Of a stretch of 64,000 bases of DNA, positions 36,563 through 44,463 are shown piece after piece. Origin of the DNA: Acidobacteriota bacterium (GTDB lineage Bacteria; Acidobacteriota; CAIWXX01); assembly GCA_040755995.1 (NCBI GenBank), contig JBFMAF010000032.1:193306-257305 (forward strand), in the 5' to 3' direction. The translations under genes and the position numbers were made by a program. Position 1 is the first letter of the stretch, and every line of letters starts with the position of its first letter. The notes under the pieces are model-generated. The model saw nothing but the letters and a program-made list of their open reading frames with translations, searched no databases and was not told where the DNA came from.

Positions 36563-36743
36563 GCCCAACAACTCGTTCGAGCGGACGCCTCCTGCACCTC
36601 GCTTGGTCATGCCGCCTGCAATCATTCTTTCGGCATCGTTGTAGGAACAGTTCCTTCTGCTATCATGGTTGAGCCGGGCCAGGTGAGCAAGGGGCACGCC
36701 CTCGCTCGGCGCAGATCGGCGCCGCTCAACTCGGGCATTGGGC
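36563..36743 (+). other. attC3 (181 bp, unusually long; R' reads ATTGGGC)
   Basis: GCCCAAC-AACTC-GTTCGAGCGG ... CCGCTCAAC-TCGGGC-ATTGGGC. Confidence 0.8.
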
Positions 36744-36823
36744 GGACCCGCTTCCCGGGCCGCCGCGTGTGAATATGAGGGGAGCTATAGCTTCGGTACC
36801 GGTTGTGGAGGCAAGATGAGGTA

Positions 36824-37282
36824 ATGAAGCCCAGGGTCTACGTAGACGCGTCAGTTGTCGGCGGGTGCGAAGACGACGAGTTTTCCGAGCATTCCAGGCG
36901 GCTGATGGAGTGCTTTACCAAGGGGGACTTCGACCTCGTGGTGTCCACTCTCACAATACAGGAGCTGGCGGGCGCTCCGGACGAGATGCGAAGGCACCTG
37001 TCGTCAGTGCCCGAGGAGAATATCGAGACCCTCCAGCTCAACGCCGAGGCAAGTGAACTCGCCGATGCCTACATCGCCGCAGGGGTGATCACGATCGCGA
37101 TGCGGGCCGATGCCCAGCACATTGCAATGGCCACTGTGGCCCGCGTCGACGTGCTGGTGAGCTGGAACTTCAAGCACATCGTGAACCTCTTCCGGATCCA
37201 CGGGTTCAACTCCGTGAATCTGCGGAGAGGATATCCTACGCTCGAGATTCGAGCGCCGTGGGAGGTATTGCCCGATGAGTAG
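36824..37282 (+). CDS. Cassette 4: PIN-domain toxin
   Basis: VYVDASV...E...DAQHIA.A....D.LVSWNFKHIVN acidic PIN signature. Confidence 0.9.
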   Translation: MKPRVYVDASVVGGCEDDEFSEHSRRLMECFTKGDFDLVVSTLTIQELAGAPDEMRRHLSSVPEENIETLQLNAEASELADAYIAAGVITIAMRADAQHIAMATVARVDVLVSWNFKHIVNLFRIHGFNSVNLRRGYPTLEIRAPWEVLPDE

Positions 37283-37481
37283 AACCGAGAAGAAGTTCGA
37301 CGCTGTTGCCATGATGCGGTCGGCTCGAGACAGAATCTCGGCCGAGATCGAAGGCATGACGCTAGACCAAGAGCTTGCGTGGTTCCCATCGCAGGAGATC
37401 AAGGATCCCTTCTTGAGGCGGCTTCGAGAAAGGGCTGCCCAACAAACCGATTCAGCGGCTCGGCCTTCGGCCGGCCGCTGA
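37275..37481 (+). CDS. Cassette 4: small antitoxin partner
   Basis: 68 aa with KFDAVAMMRSARDRIS; overlaps the PIN stop; its 3' end runs into attC4. Confidence 0.75.
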   Translation: MSRTEKKFDAVAMMRSARDRISAEIEGMTLDQELAWFPSQEIKDPFLRRLRERAAQQTDSAARPSAGR

Positions 37482-37498
37482 TCGGCAGGGCGTTGGGC
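37437..37498 (+). other. attC4 (62 bp)
   Basis: GCCCAAC...GATTCAGCGGC / GCCGCTGATC...GTTGGGC. Confidence 0.9.
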
Positions 37499-37650
37499 GA
37501 CCTGAATCATCATTGTCGGCGTAGCATGCATGCAATCTTGACAGCACTTGGTCTCGTGGGCATCGTTTTAGATCCATCTCTTGCTTCGAACCCTGCCGGC
37601 ATTCGGAACGCCGACAGGGAAGGAGCCTCCGGACCAAGGAGGGTTGGGAA

Positions 37651-38472
37651 ATGAACAAGCTCGATTCCGTGATTGGCCTTCTTGCTGTGTCTGCGCTTAC
37701 GGTCCCTGCGCTGCCAGGCAATGTTTCAGCTCAACAAACCGGCAAGATCACCGAAACCGTCGAGTCTCAAACGGCAATGATCCCGGCGGGTTCGTTCCTC
37801 ATGGGCCGGGAGAGAAGCGCCCTCCCTGCGTATGTTGACGATTCGCCGCACAAGGTGGTACTCGACTCCTTCTACATGGATAAGGTGGAAGTCACCAACG
37901 CTAGGTATCAGAGCTTTTGTCAGGCCACCGGGCACAGGCTTCCGATCTTCTGGGGGATGAAGGAGTTTCACAGCGGCCCCGATTTTCCCGATTATCCGGT
38001 GGTCGGTGTCTCGCATGCCGACGCCGAAGCCTACGCTCAATGGCGGGGATGCCGCCTGCCCACCGAGGCTGAGTGGGAATACGCCGCCCGCGGCGGACTG
38101 AACGGCAAAGACTTTCCCGGCGGCGATTCGCTGGAAACCAAGGACGCCAACATCGGTCATGAGAGCACGGGAACAGCCAGGGTCGCCGGCTACGCGGCCA
38201 ACGGTTACCGATTGTTCGACATGGCCGGCAATGTCGGCGAGTGGGTGGCGGACTACTACGACAGGGACTACTATCGCAGCAGCCCGGAGAAGAACCCACC
38301 CGGACCGGCGGTTGGCCGCTTCCGGGTCGTCCGCGGCGGTGGTTGGTACTCAGGAAAAAGCTGCAATGCCGTTCACTACCGGAACGCTCTGCCGGCGAGC
38401 TGGGTCGATTTCAACGTCGGTTTTCGTTGCGCATGCGACGCCGGCCGACCGGACAACACCGGTCAAGAGTGA
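37651..38472 (+). CDS. Cassette 5: secreted FGE-sulfatase (SUMF1/EgtB/PvdO) family protein
   Basis: Signal peptide; EVTN, RLPTEAEWEYAARGG, LFDMAGNVGEWV, RGGGW and GFRC motifs; lacks the paired catalytic Cys of true FGE. Confidence 0.9.
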   Translation: MNKLDSVIGLLAVSALTVPALPGNVSAQQTGKITETVESQTAMIPAGSFLMGRERSALPAYVDDSPHKVVLDSFYMDKVEVTNARYQSFCQATGHRLPIFWGMKEFHSGPDFPDYPVVGVSHADAEAYAQWRGCRLPTEAEWEYAARGGLNGKDFPGGDSLETKDANIGHESTGTARVAGYAANGYRLFDMAGNVGEWVADYYDRDYYRSSPEKNPPGPAVGRFRVVRGGGWYSGKSCNAVHYRNALPASWVDFNVGFRCACDAGRPDNTGQE

Positions 38473-38551
38473 CGAAGAAATATATGCTGCCTCCAAGCGA
38501 GCTCTTTCCGACTCAAGAAGACGAGATGGACGCGAACGAGTAGCACAGGTC

Positions 38552-38713
38552 GCCCAACATGTCGTTCAAGCGGACAGCGCCTGCGGATCGGCTCTGAATC
38601 ATTCATTTCAGTTGTGTGTCCTTTCGGCTATCATTGGTGATTGGCCGGGGCAGGTGAGCAAGCGCGGCGCCTTCGGTCGTGCGCAGCGCTGCCGCTCAAC
38701 TCCGGCGTTGGGC
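38552..38713 (+). other. attC5 (162 bp, unusually long)
   Basis: GCCCAAC...GTTCAAGCGG ... CCGCTCAAC...GTTGGGC; CAGGTCGCCCAAC is complementary to the cassette start GTTGGGCGACCTG. Confidence 0.85.
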
Positions 38714-38770
38714 AGACAAGAGGGCCAGTCGAGTGGATCAGTGTCGAGCGACGCCACCAGGAGGGGACGC

Positions 38771-39301
38771 GTGGCACTCGTGGTTCTTCTGAGAGGGATC
38801 AACGTCGGCGGTCACAGGACCTTCCGACCCTCCATATTGGCCGAACAACTGAAGCACCTCGATGTCGTCAACATCGGCGCGGCGGGCACCTTCGTGATCC
38901 GGCGGCCAGTGACCCGCGCGCAGCTCCGCGCAGAATTGGCCCGCAGGCTTCCCTTTACCGCCGAGATCATGATCTGCCAGGGCCGCGAGATTGTCAGGCT
39001 GACGTCTCAGAATCATTTCGTGGACCAGACCCCACGAAACGACATCGGCCGCTTCGTGAGCGTCCTATCCAAACGCCCCCGCTCGATGCCATCGACACCC
39101 ATGAGCTTTCCCGCCAGCGGCAAGTGGCTGCTGAAGATCCTCGGGACGGACAACCGCTTCGTCTTCGGCGTGTACCGACGCCAGATGAAGGTCATCAGCT
39201 ACCTCGGTACGTTCGACCGGATCTTTGGAGTCCCGGTCACCACGCGCAACTGGAATACCATCACCGCGATCGCCAGGGTGCTGGGGAACGAAGGGTCCTG
39301 A
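38771..39301 (+). CDS. Cassette 6: DUF1697 protein
   Basis: LLRGINVGG N-terminus and TTRNWNTI C-terminus; AGGAGG Shine-Dalgarno before GTG. Confidence 0.88.
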   Translation: MALVVLLRGINVGGHRTFRPSILAEQLKHLDVVNIGAAGTFVIRRPVTRAQLRAELARRLPFTAEIMICQGREIVRLTSQNHFVDQTPRNDIGRFVSVLSKRPRSMPSTPMSFPASGKWLLKILGTDNRFVFGVYRRQMKVISYLGTFDRIFGVPVTTRNWNTITAIARVLGNEGS

Positions 39302-39315
39302 TGGCGGGGGCTGCT

Positions 39316-39360
39316 GCCCAACAACCGCCGGCAGGCGACGGCGGGCGGGTCGGGAGTTGC
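39316..39360 (+). other. attC6, left arm only
   Basis: CTGCCCAAC matches the cassette start GTTGGGCAG; no complementary L'/R' arm follows. Confidence 0.65.
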
Positions 39361-39603
39361 GCCGAGGTGGACCTTCTACTCGAGCAACATGGGGAGCTCA
39401 AGTTGGCTGTCGAAATCAAGGGCAAGAAGCGCGTGAGCGGCGCAGACCTCTCCGGCCTTCGATCGTTCGCAGAGGCGCACCTCAGTGTCCCACGATATGT
39501 CGTAGCGGAGGTACCGGAGGGGTTCGAGATCGAGGGCTGCCGAGTTCTACCGTTTCGGGTATGGCTGAGTGAGATCGGCTCGGTGCTACGACGGTCGCGC
39601 TGA
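39361..39603 (+). pseudogene. C-terminal fragment of an AAA-ATPase/DUF4143 protein (PD-(D/E)xK-like tail)
   Basis: EVDLLLE...AVEIK......D..GL..F pattern with no N-terminal ATPase domain. Confidence 0.65.
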
Positions 39604-39643
39604 CCGGGTCCTCCTGACGCAGTACATGCAGCAGATCCGTCCT

Positions 39644-39728
39644 GAACGCGGGATCCCGGGGACCGCGTTCAAGGACACGCTCGCGAGAGTCTGCCTCAGC
39701 AACGCCCAAGGACGGCTCGATCTCGCGG
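39644..39728 (+). repeat. 85-bp diverged copy of 33628-33712 (3' part of the giant gene)
   Basis: Ungapped manual alignment, 75/85 identical. Confidence 0.9.
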
Positions 39729-39772
39729 ATCTTGCCACCGAGAATCCGCCCAGTTCCACACTTCTCCGCCTG

Positions 39773-39801
39773 TTGACATCAACGCACCCAAGGGCTATTC
39801 T
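39773..39801 (+). promoter_or_regulatory. Sigma70 promoter
   Basis: TTGACA(39773)-17 bp-TATTCT(39796). Confidence 0.65.
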
Positions 39802-39977
39802 CCGGTCGTGATCGACGGCCGATCTCCACAACTTCGCTGTCGAGCGCACCTCTCCTCCCTCCCTCAGGACGGAGGGCGGGACGATGTGCCTCCACTTCCA
39901 TGTTGGATTTTCTACTTCTGTAGTAGTTCCGAGGCGCAGTCCGAAAAGCAACTTCTTATCTCTCATCGGAGGAATCC

Positions 39978-40487
39978 GTGAAGCCGGGAGTACTGCGAGC
40001 GTCGCTATTCGCCTTCATATCGGCACTGGTCGTTGCGGGCATCTGGTTCCAGTCCTCGTTCGGCCCGAGCGGCCTGCGCGTGAGCGCAGCGCCAGAATCC
40101 CCAGGAGCGCCCCAGAACACTGGCAACCATCCGGCGTCTCCGCGGCTGGGACAGGGTTACAACGTCCGGGCCTGGTACGATGAGAAGGATGATCACGATG
40201 CAGAGCTCCACTGCGTTGTGACAAAGGACGGAGTGCCTGTCGCCGGCACTCTCATCGAGTTCGGAGTGCTCTCGGGTCCTCACAGAGGAGAGTGGACCGC
40301 GAGTGCCGTGACGAATTCCAAGGGGGAAGCGGTCGTATTGTTCAAGGGGGACGGCAAACAGGGTCTGGACACGTGTTACTTCTACCCGAAGGACTTGGGG
40401 ATCGATTCAGTGGAGAGAACTGTCGACTGGACCAAGATACTGACGGGCAACCCCTACCGGAGGTATGAACCCAGCAGTTGTGGCTAG
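39978..40487 (+). CDS. Exported protein with an Ig-like (Big_1-type) domain
   Basis: GGAGG Shine-Dalgarno, N-terminal hydrophobic helix, G.PV.G..I.F...TNSKGEA motif. Confidence 0.65.
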   Translation: MKPGVLRASLFAFISALVVAGIWFQSSFGPSGLRVSAAPESPGAPQNTGNHPASPRLGQGYNVRAWYDEKDDHDAELHCVVTKDGVPVAGTLIEFGVLSGPHRGEWTASAVTNSKGEAVVLFKGDGKQGLDTCYFYPKDLGIDSVERTVDWTKILTGNPYRRYEPSSCG

Positions 40488-40524
40488 AGAGCGGCAGTGG
40501 GGATTATCGCCCGGCCATTGACGT

Positions 40525-40560
40525 TCAGAAGCTACACCGCGGTCAGAAGCCACACCGCGG
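40525..40560 (+). repeat. Tandem 18-bp direct repeat
   Basis: TCAGAAGCTACACCGCGG / TCAGAAGCCACACCGCGG directly before the RBS of the gene at 40576. Confidence 0.8.
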
Positions 40561-40575
40561 AAGGAGAGGAGCACC

Positions 40576-41883
40576 ATGCGCTACTTCAAGTCTGACCCCG
40601 GAGTGACACGAAAGCGGCCACGTGCGATTCATGTTGTCTTGGTCTTCTCCTTCATGGCTGCACTGGTCTTCGCCAACGCGCTTGTGAAGCCTCGCACGAC
40701 GGATGTCGTCAAGACCGCCGTTAGCATTTCGGCCGACAAGACCATCAACTTCGACTTGCCGAACGGCTACCTCGTCTCCGGCAATGTCAAGAATTCTGCG
40801 GGAAACCCCGTTCGTGGCGCCGTGATCCAGGCGACGTGCTCAGATGGCAACCCCAGCCAGCGCACGATCACGAACAGCTCCGGCGGCTTTCAACTCGCGG
40901 TCCGGTCCGGGACGCATCGAGTCGATATCTGGCCGCCGCCGACCAACAGCATCGATCCGACCACGTATCCAAAGCTGGTGCCGGCGAGCGCCGGCACCTA
41001 TGACGTGACGAGGGACACGTCCATCGGTTCGGTCACTCTGCCTGATGGGAATATCGTCAGCGGCGAGCTCAAGGCGGCGTCCGGCAATCTCTGGTACGTG
41101 GCGGGCTTCATCTTTGCGATACCCGCAGGCGGCGGTTACACGGGCCCACCAATCATGGCCACTCAGGGTGCAGATCCCAACACGACAAAGTACGCCGCGG
41201 CACTTCCAGCGGGCAAGTTCACCATTCTCGCGACTGGAATCCAGGGGTTCTCGCGCGAATCGGACCACGTCGATGCGGCATGGGACCTGCTGCCTTGCAC
41301 TTCTTTCTACGCCCGCCGCGTGAACATCACAAAGTCCATGGCCCTCAATCTGAAACTGCCAAGCGGGGGAATGCTCAGTGGCAGCGTCAGGGACACCACC
41401 GGCCAGCCGCTACATGGCTATCTCTTCATCCAGAAACAGAATGGCAACCCGATGAAGGATGGCCAGATGACTTTCATGCCGGTTGCGAACGGGAGCTTCA
41501 TAGGGCATCTGCCGGCGGGACGATTCGACGCCACCTTTGTCCCGGAGATGCCGGCATCCTACAAGGGCCGCGCCACCAAGACTCATGTCGCGTTGGCGAT
41601 GACTTCGGTGGACAAGACTCTGAACATCGTTGCCGAGAACGGGGTCGTGCTGACCGGGCGGATCGCCGCCGTGGGAGGCGCGGCCTTCAAGGCATCCTCG
41701 GCGATTTTCACTCTGAGCGGGGCGACCCCTGGCTCAGCCGACGCCCTGCCACTCGGCGCGAAGTCAGATGACGCCGGGAAGTACCGCCTGTGCGTGCCGC
41801 CTGGGACATACGACATCCAGGCGCTGCCATCGGGTTTCGGGTTCCTTAGCTATCTCGAGAGGCTGGCGAAACGCGCGGGCTGA
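40576..41883 (+). CDS. Exported protein with carboxypeptidase-regulatory-like (prealbumin-fold) repeats
   Basis: Four repeats starting (V/L)(S/T)GxV, with G.Y/F...LP.G.Y motifs; strong Shine-Dalgarno. Confidence 0.75.
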   Translation: MRYFKSDPGVTRKRPRAIHVVLVFSFMAALVFANALVKPRTTDVVKTAVSISADKTINFDLPNGYLVSGNVKNSAGNPVRGAVIQATCSDGNPSQRTITNSSGGFQLAVRSGTHRVDIWPPPTNSIDPTTYPKLVPASAGTYDVTRDTSIGSVTLPDGNIVSGELKAASGNLWYVAGFIFAIPAGGGYTGPPIMATQGADPNTTKYAAALPAGKFTILATGIQGFSRESDHVDAAWDLLPCTSFYARRVNITKSMALNLKLPSGGMLSGSVRDTTGQPLHGYLFIQKQNGNPMKDGQMTFMPVANGSFIGHLPAGRFDATFVPEMPASYKGRATKTHVALAMTSVDKTLNIVAENGVVLTGRIAAVGGAAFKASSAIFTLSGATPGSADALPLGAKSDDAGKYRLCVPPGTYDIQALPSGFGFLSYLERLAKRAG

Positions 41884-42760
41884 GTCGCCCTGAGAGCAAC
41901 ATTCCCGATCCGAGCGCAACGAAGACGCTCACGATCTGGCTCGCGGAGAGCCAGAAACAGGAGGACGCCGTCGGGCTGTGTGACAGGTACTCGCTGAGAC
42001 TCATGTCGATCCACAGAGCGCGGTATCGAGTGCCCTGGTCGATGATGATGAGCAACTGGCCGCGCGGATCGTCGCGTAGCGTCTCGATGCCGAAGCGCCA
42101 GATTGCGTATGCAATCAAGAATCCGAAGAAGATCGCTCCGTCCCGGCGACTCGTGCGACGAAGGACCGCTGAAAGCACGATGAACATGACAACGCCGAAG
42201 AGTGATTCATAGAGCTGCGTTGGATGCCTGAAAACACCGGCGACATCAGTCGGTCCGAATCCCCGAAACATTCGCCAGTCCGCGAAGGGGTCGGTCACGA
42301 ACCTGGGAAAGAGCACTCCCCAGGGCATCGACGTGGGCGCGCCGTAGCAACATCCCGCCGCGAAGCACCCGATTCGATAGATGCAGATCGCCAGCGCGAT
42401 GGATGGCGCCGCCACGTCAGCCACGTGCCAGACGGGCGCGTGAAGGCGTCTGAGGTACCAGATACCTGTCGGGATCGCCAACAGGGCCCCGTAACCTACA
42501 AGGCCGCCTTGCCAGAGGGCGAGGACCAGCCACGGGTGTGCCATGAAGGTTCGGATGTTGACCAGAACGTGAAGCAGCCTGGCACCTATGAAGCACGACG
42601 TGAGAAGGAGCGGGGCGAGTGCGAAGAGCCGCCTCGCATCCAGGCCCTCCCGGTAGGCTCGCCTGTACCCGACCACGAAAGCGCACAGAAACGCCACGCT
42701 TGCGACGGCGTAATACGTGCTGATCGAGACTGTTCCGAAAGTGATCAGAACCGGGTACAT
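41846..42760 (-). CDS. lgt: Prolipoprotein diacylglyceryl transferase family protein
   Basis: MYPVL, GARL, WQGGL..YG, RIGCF..GCCYG, HPTQLYES and E.LR motifs. Confidence 0.88.
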   Translation of the reverse strand: MYPVLITFGTVSISTYYAVASVAFLCAFVVGYRRAYREGLDARRLFALAPLLLTSCFIGARLLHVLVNIRTFMAHPWLVLALWQGGLVGYGALLAIPTGIWYLRRLHAPVWHVADVAAPSIALAICIYRIGCFAAGCCYGAPTSMPWGVLFPRFVTDPFADWRMFRGFGPTDVAGVFRHPTQLYESLFGVVMFIVLSAVLRRTSRRDGAIFFGFLIAYAIWRFGIETLRDDPRGQLLIIIDQGTRYRALWIDMSLSEYLSHSPTASSCFWLSASQIVSVFVALGSGMLLSGRLSPRVSPASRDS

Positions 42761-42822
42761 CTGTCTTCTGCGCCGCGTATCCTCGGCCACATCATATCAC
42801 CGCTCCCCACAGCGACGGAGAC

Positions 42823-44334
42823 GTGCACGTGAGGGTCCTGCTCATTTCGATGCCCGATTCGATCTGTCTCTATCGATGGGCACAGGCCTTCATGCCCAAC
42901 CTGGGCATCAGCTCGATAGCCGCCAATGTCGATCGGACCGTCTTCGAGGTGCGACTCCTGGATCTCCTGATGGAACCCTACGGAGTTCGGCGGACCGTGA
43001 AACAGATTGTCGAAGAATACCGGCCCCACATCGTCGGCTTGACGGCGATGAGCTTCCAGATGCGGTCGGCAGTACAAATCGCCGGACTGGCGAAGTCCAT
43101 CGACACGTCGATTGTGACCGTCCTGGGGGGCTATCACGCGACATTGGCCTACGAGGATATTGCCCCGGGGAGCTTCGATTTTCTCGTCCGCGGCGAAGGC
43201 GAAGCCACAGCGCGAGAGCTGTTTGAGATGGTGGAGTCCGGGGGACGCGCATTCGAGCAGATCGCGGGGTTGTCGTTCAGGTCGGAGGAACGCTGGGTCC
43301 ATAATCGCCCGCGCGCCCTCCTGGATCCGTCCTCTATTGCACTTCCTGACCGCGAGTCACGAGTATTCGGGCACCGCGACGGCCTCAACGGCAACATCGA
43401 CTCGATCGAAACCTCCCGAGGCTGCCGGCTGGCGTGCAGCTTCTGCTGCATCAGGCAGATGTACGGGCAGAGCTTCCGTACGTTTCCGATTCCACGCGTG
43501 ATCGAAGACATTCGCCGTGCGAGATCCCTCGGGGCGCATCGCATCTTCTTCTCAGACGACAACATCACGACGGATGTGGAGCGATTCAAGTCGCTGTGCC
43601 AGGCGATCGTCGACACCGGGCTGAACAACATCCGCTACTCGACTCAGGCCAGCGTGCTCGGCATCTCATCAAGCGAAGATCTGGTTCGGATGATGCGCGA
43701 CGCCAACTTCACGCTCGTCTTCATCGGGATCGAGGGATTGAGCGAGCAGAAGCTGAGATTCGTCAAGAAAGGGAACATACTGGATCGATCGCTCCGGGCG
43801 ATCGAGCTGCTCCACAAGCACGGTATCCAGATCATGGCGGGCTTCATCACGGGGCTTCCCGATGACCGCCCCGAGGACGTGCGTGATGTGTTTCGCTTCG
43901 TTCAGCGGAATCGGATCGCAGTTCCCTACGTGCTGTGCTCGACACCCTACCCGAAGACTCCGTTTGGAGATGAGCTCGTCCGGGAGAGACTCGTCATCGA
44001 TCGTGACAACTACGACCTCTACAACTGCTGGGCCACCAATGTCCGGACGCGCCACATGTCCCGGCTACGGCTCAGCTTCGAACGGAGCCTGGGATACTTC
44101 AAGTTCGTTTTCAGAACTGCGGTGTTGGGGGACAATCACTACGTTCGGAAGATCAGAGAAGAGGACTACTTCGCCATGGTCCTCTACCGCCTTGCCTCGA
44201 TCGTTGTCTTCTGCAGGCTGATCACGGGAACGTGGCAGACCGTTCGCGGCACCCACTTCTATTCGTGGTGGGAGTGGCCGCGGGCTCTACATGATCGTCT
44301 GGGCGGTGTGTTCCGGCGCACAACGACGGAGTAG
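42823..44334 (+). CDS. B12-binding radical SAM protein
   Basis: PNLGI...GGYHAT...RGEGE cobalamin-binding domain; TSRGCRLACSFC; DDN and GIE motifs. Confidence 0.9.
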   Translation: MHVRVLLISMPDSICLYRWAQAFMPNLGISSIAANVDRTVFEVRLLDLLMEPYGVRRTVKQIVEEYRPHIVGLTAMSFQMRSAVQIAGLAKSIDTSIVTVLGGYHATLAYEDIAPGSFDFLVRGEGEATARELFEMVESGGRAFEQIAGLSFRSEERWVHNRPRALLDPSSIALPDRESRVFGHRDGLNGNIDSIETSRGCRLACSFCCIRQMYGQSFRTFPIPRVIEDIRRARSLGAHRIFFSDDNITTDVERFKSLCQAIVDTGLNNIRYSTQASVLGISSSEDLVRMMRDANFTLVFIGIEGLSEQKLRFVKKGNILDRSLRAIELLHKHGIQIMAGFITGLPDDRPEDVRDVFRFVQRNRIAVPYVLCSTPYPKTPFGDELVRERLVIDRDNYDLYNCWATNVRTRHMSRLRLSFERSLGYFKFVFRTAVLGDNHYVRKIREEDYFAMVLYRLASIVVFCRLITGTWQTVRGTHFYSWWEWPRALHDRLGGVFRRTTTE

Positions 44335-44463
44335 CCGCAGAGGCACGCTATCCCAGACGACACTCTGCATTATGATCTGCCCTGACAGCGCAAGGGCGAC
44401 GGAGCCGCGGCGGGTGTCGAGGGAGGAGCCGTGCTGGCAGCCAGCCGCCAATTGAGAACTCCC

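Larger units (their letters stand above)
34098..39360 (+). mobile_element. Integron platform with a six-cassette array
   Basis: Integrase remnant, promoter, attI and six attC sites; each cassette's start is complementary to its own attC R'' end. Confidence 0.88.

Noticed and set aside
37651..38472. True formylglycine-generating enzyme partnering the SPASM enzyme or a sulfatase
   Set aside because: It lacks the two-Cys catalytic motif, sits in an independent cassette, and no sulfatase is in the window.
38159..38770. 380-aa ORF extending the DUF1697 gene upstream
   Set aside because: The extension overlaps the FGE-family gene and crosses attC5; the real start is GTG 38771 after AGGAGG.
35149..39360. 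CRISPR array
   Set aside because: The repeats are non-identical palindromes separated by whole genes, which fits attC sites; no cas genes are present.
33628..39728. Diversity-generating retroelement (TR/VR pair) explanation for the 85-bp repeat
   Set aside because: The 10 mismatches are not adenine-specific in either direction, and no reverse transcriptase gene is in the window.
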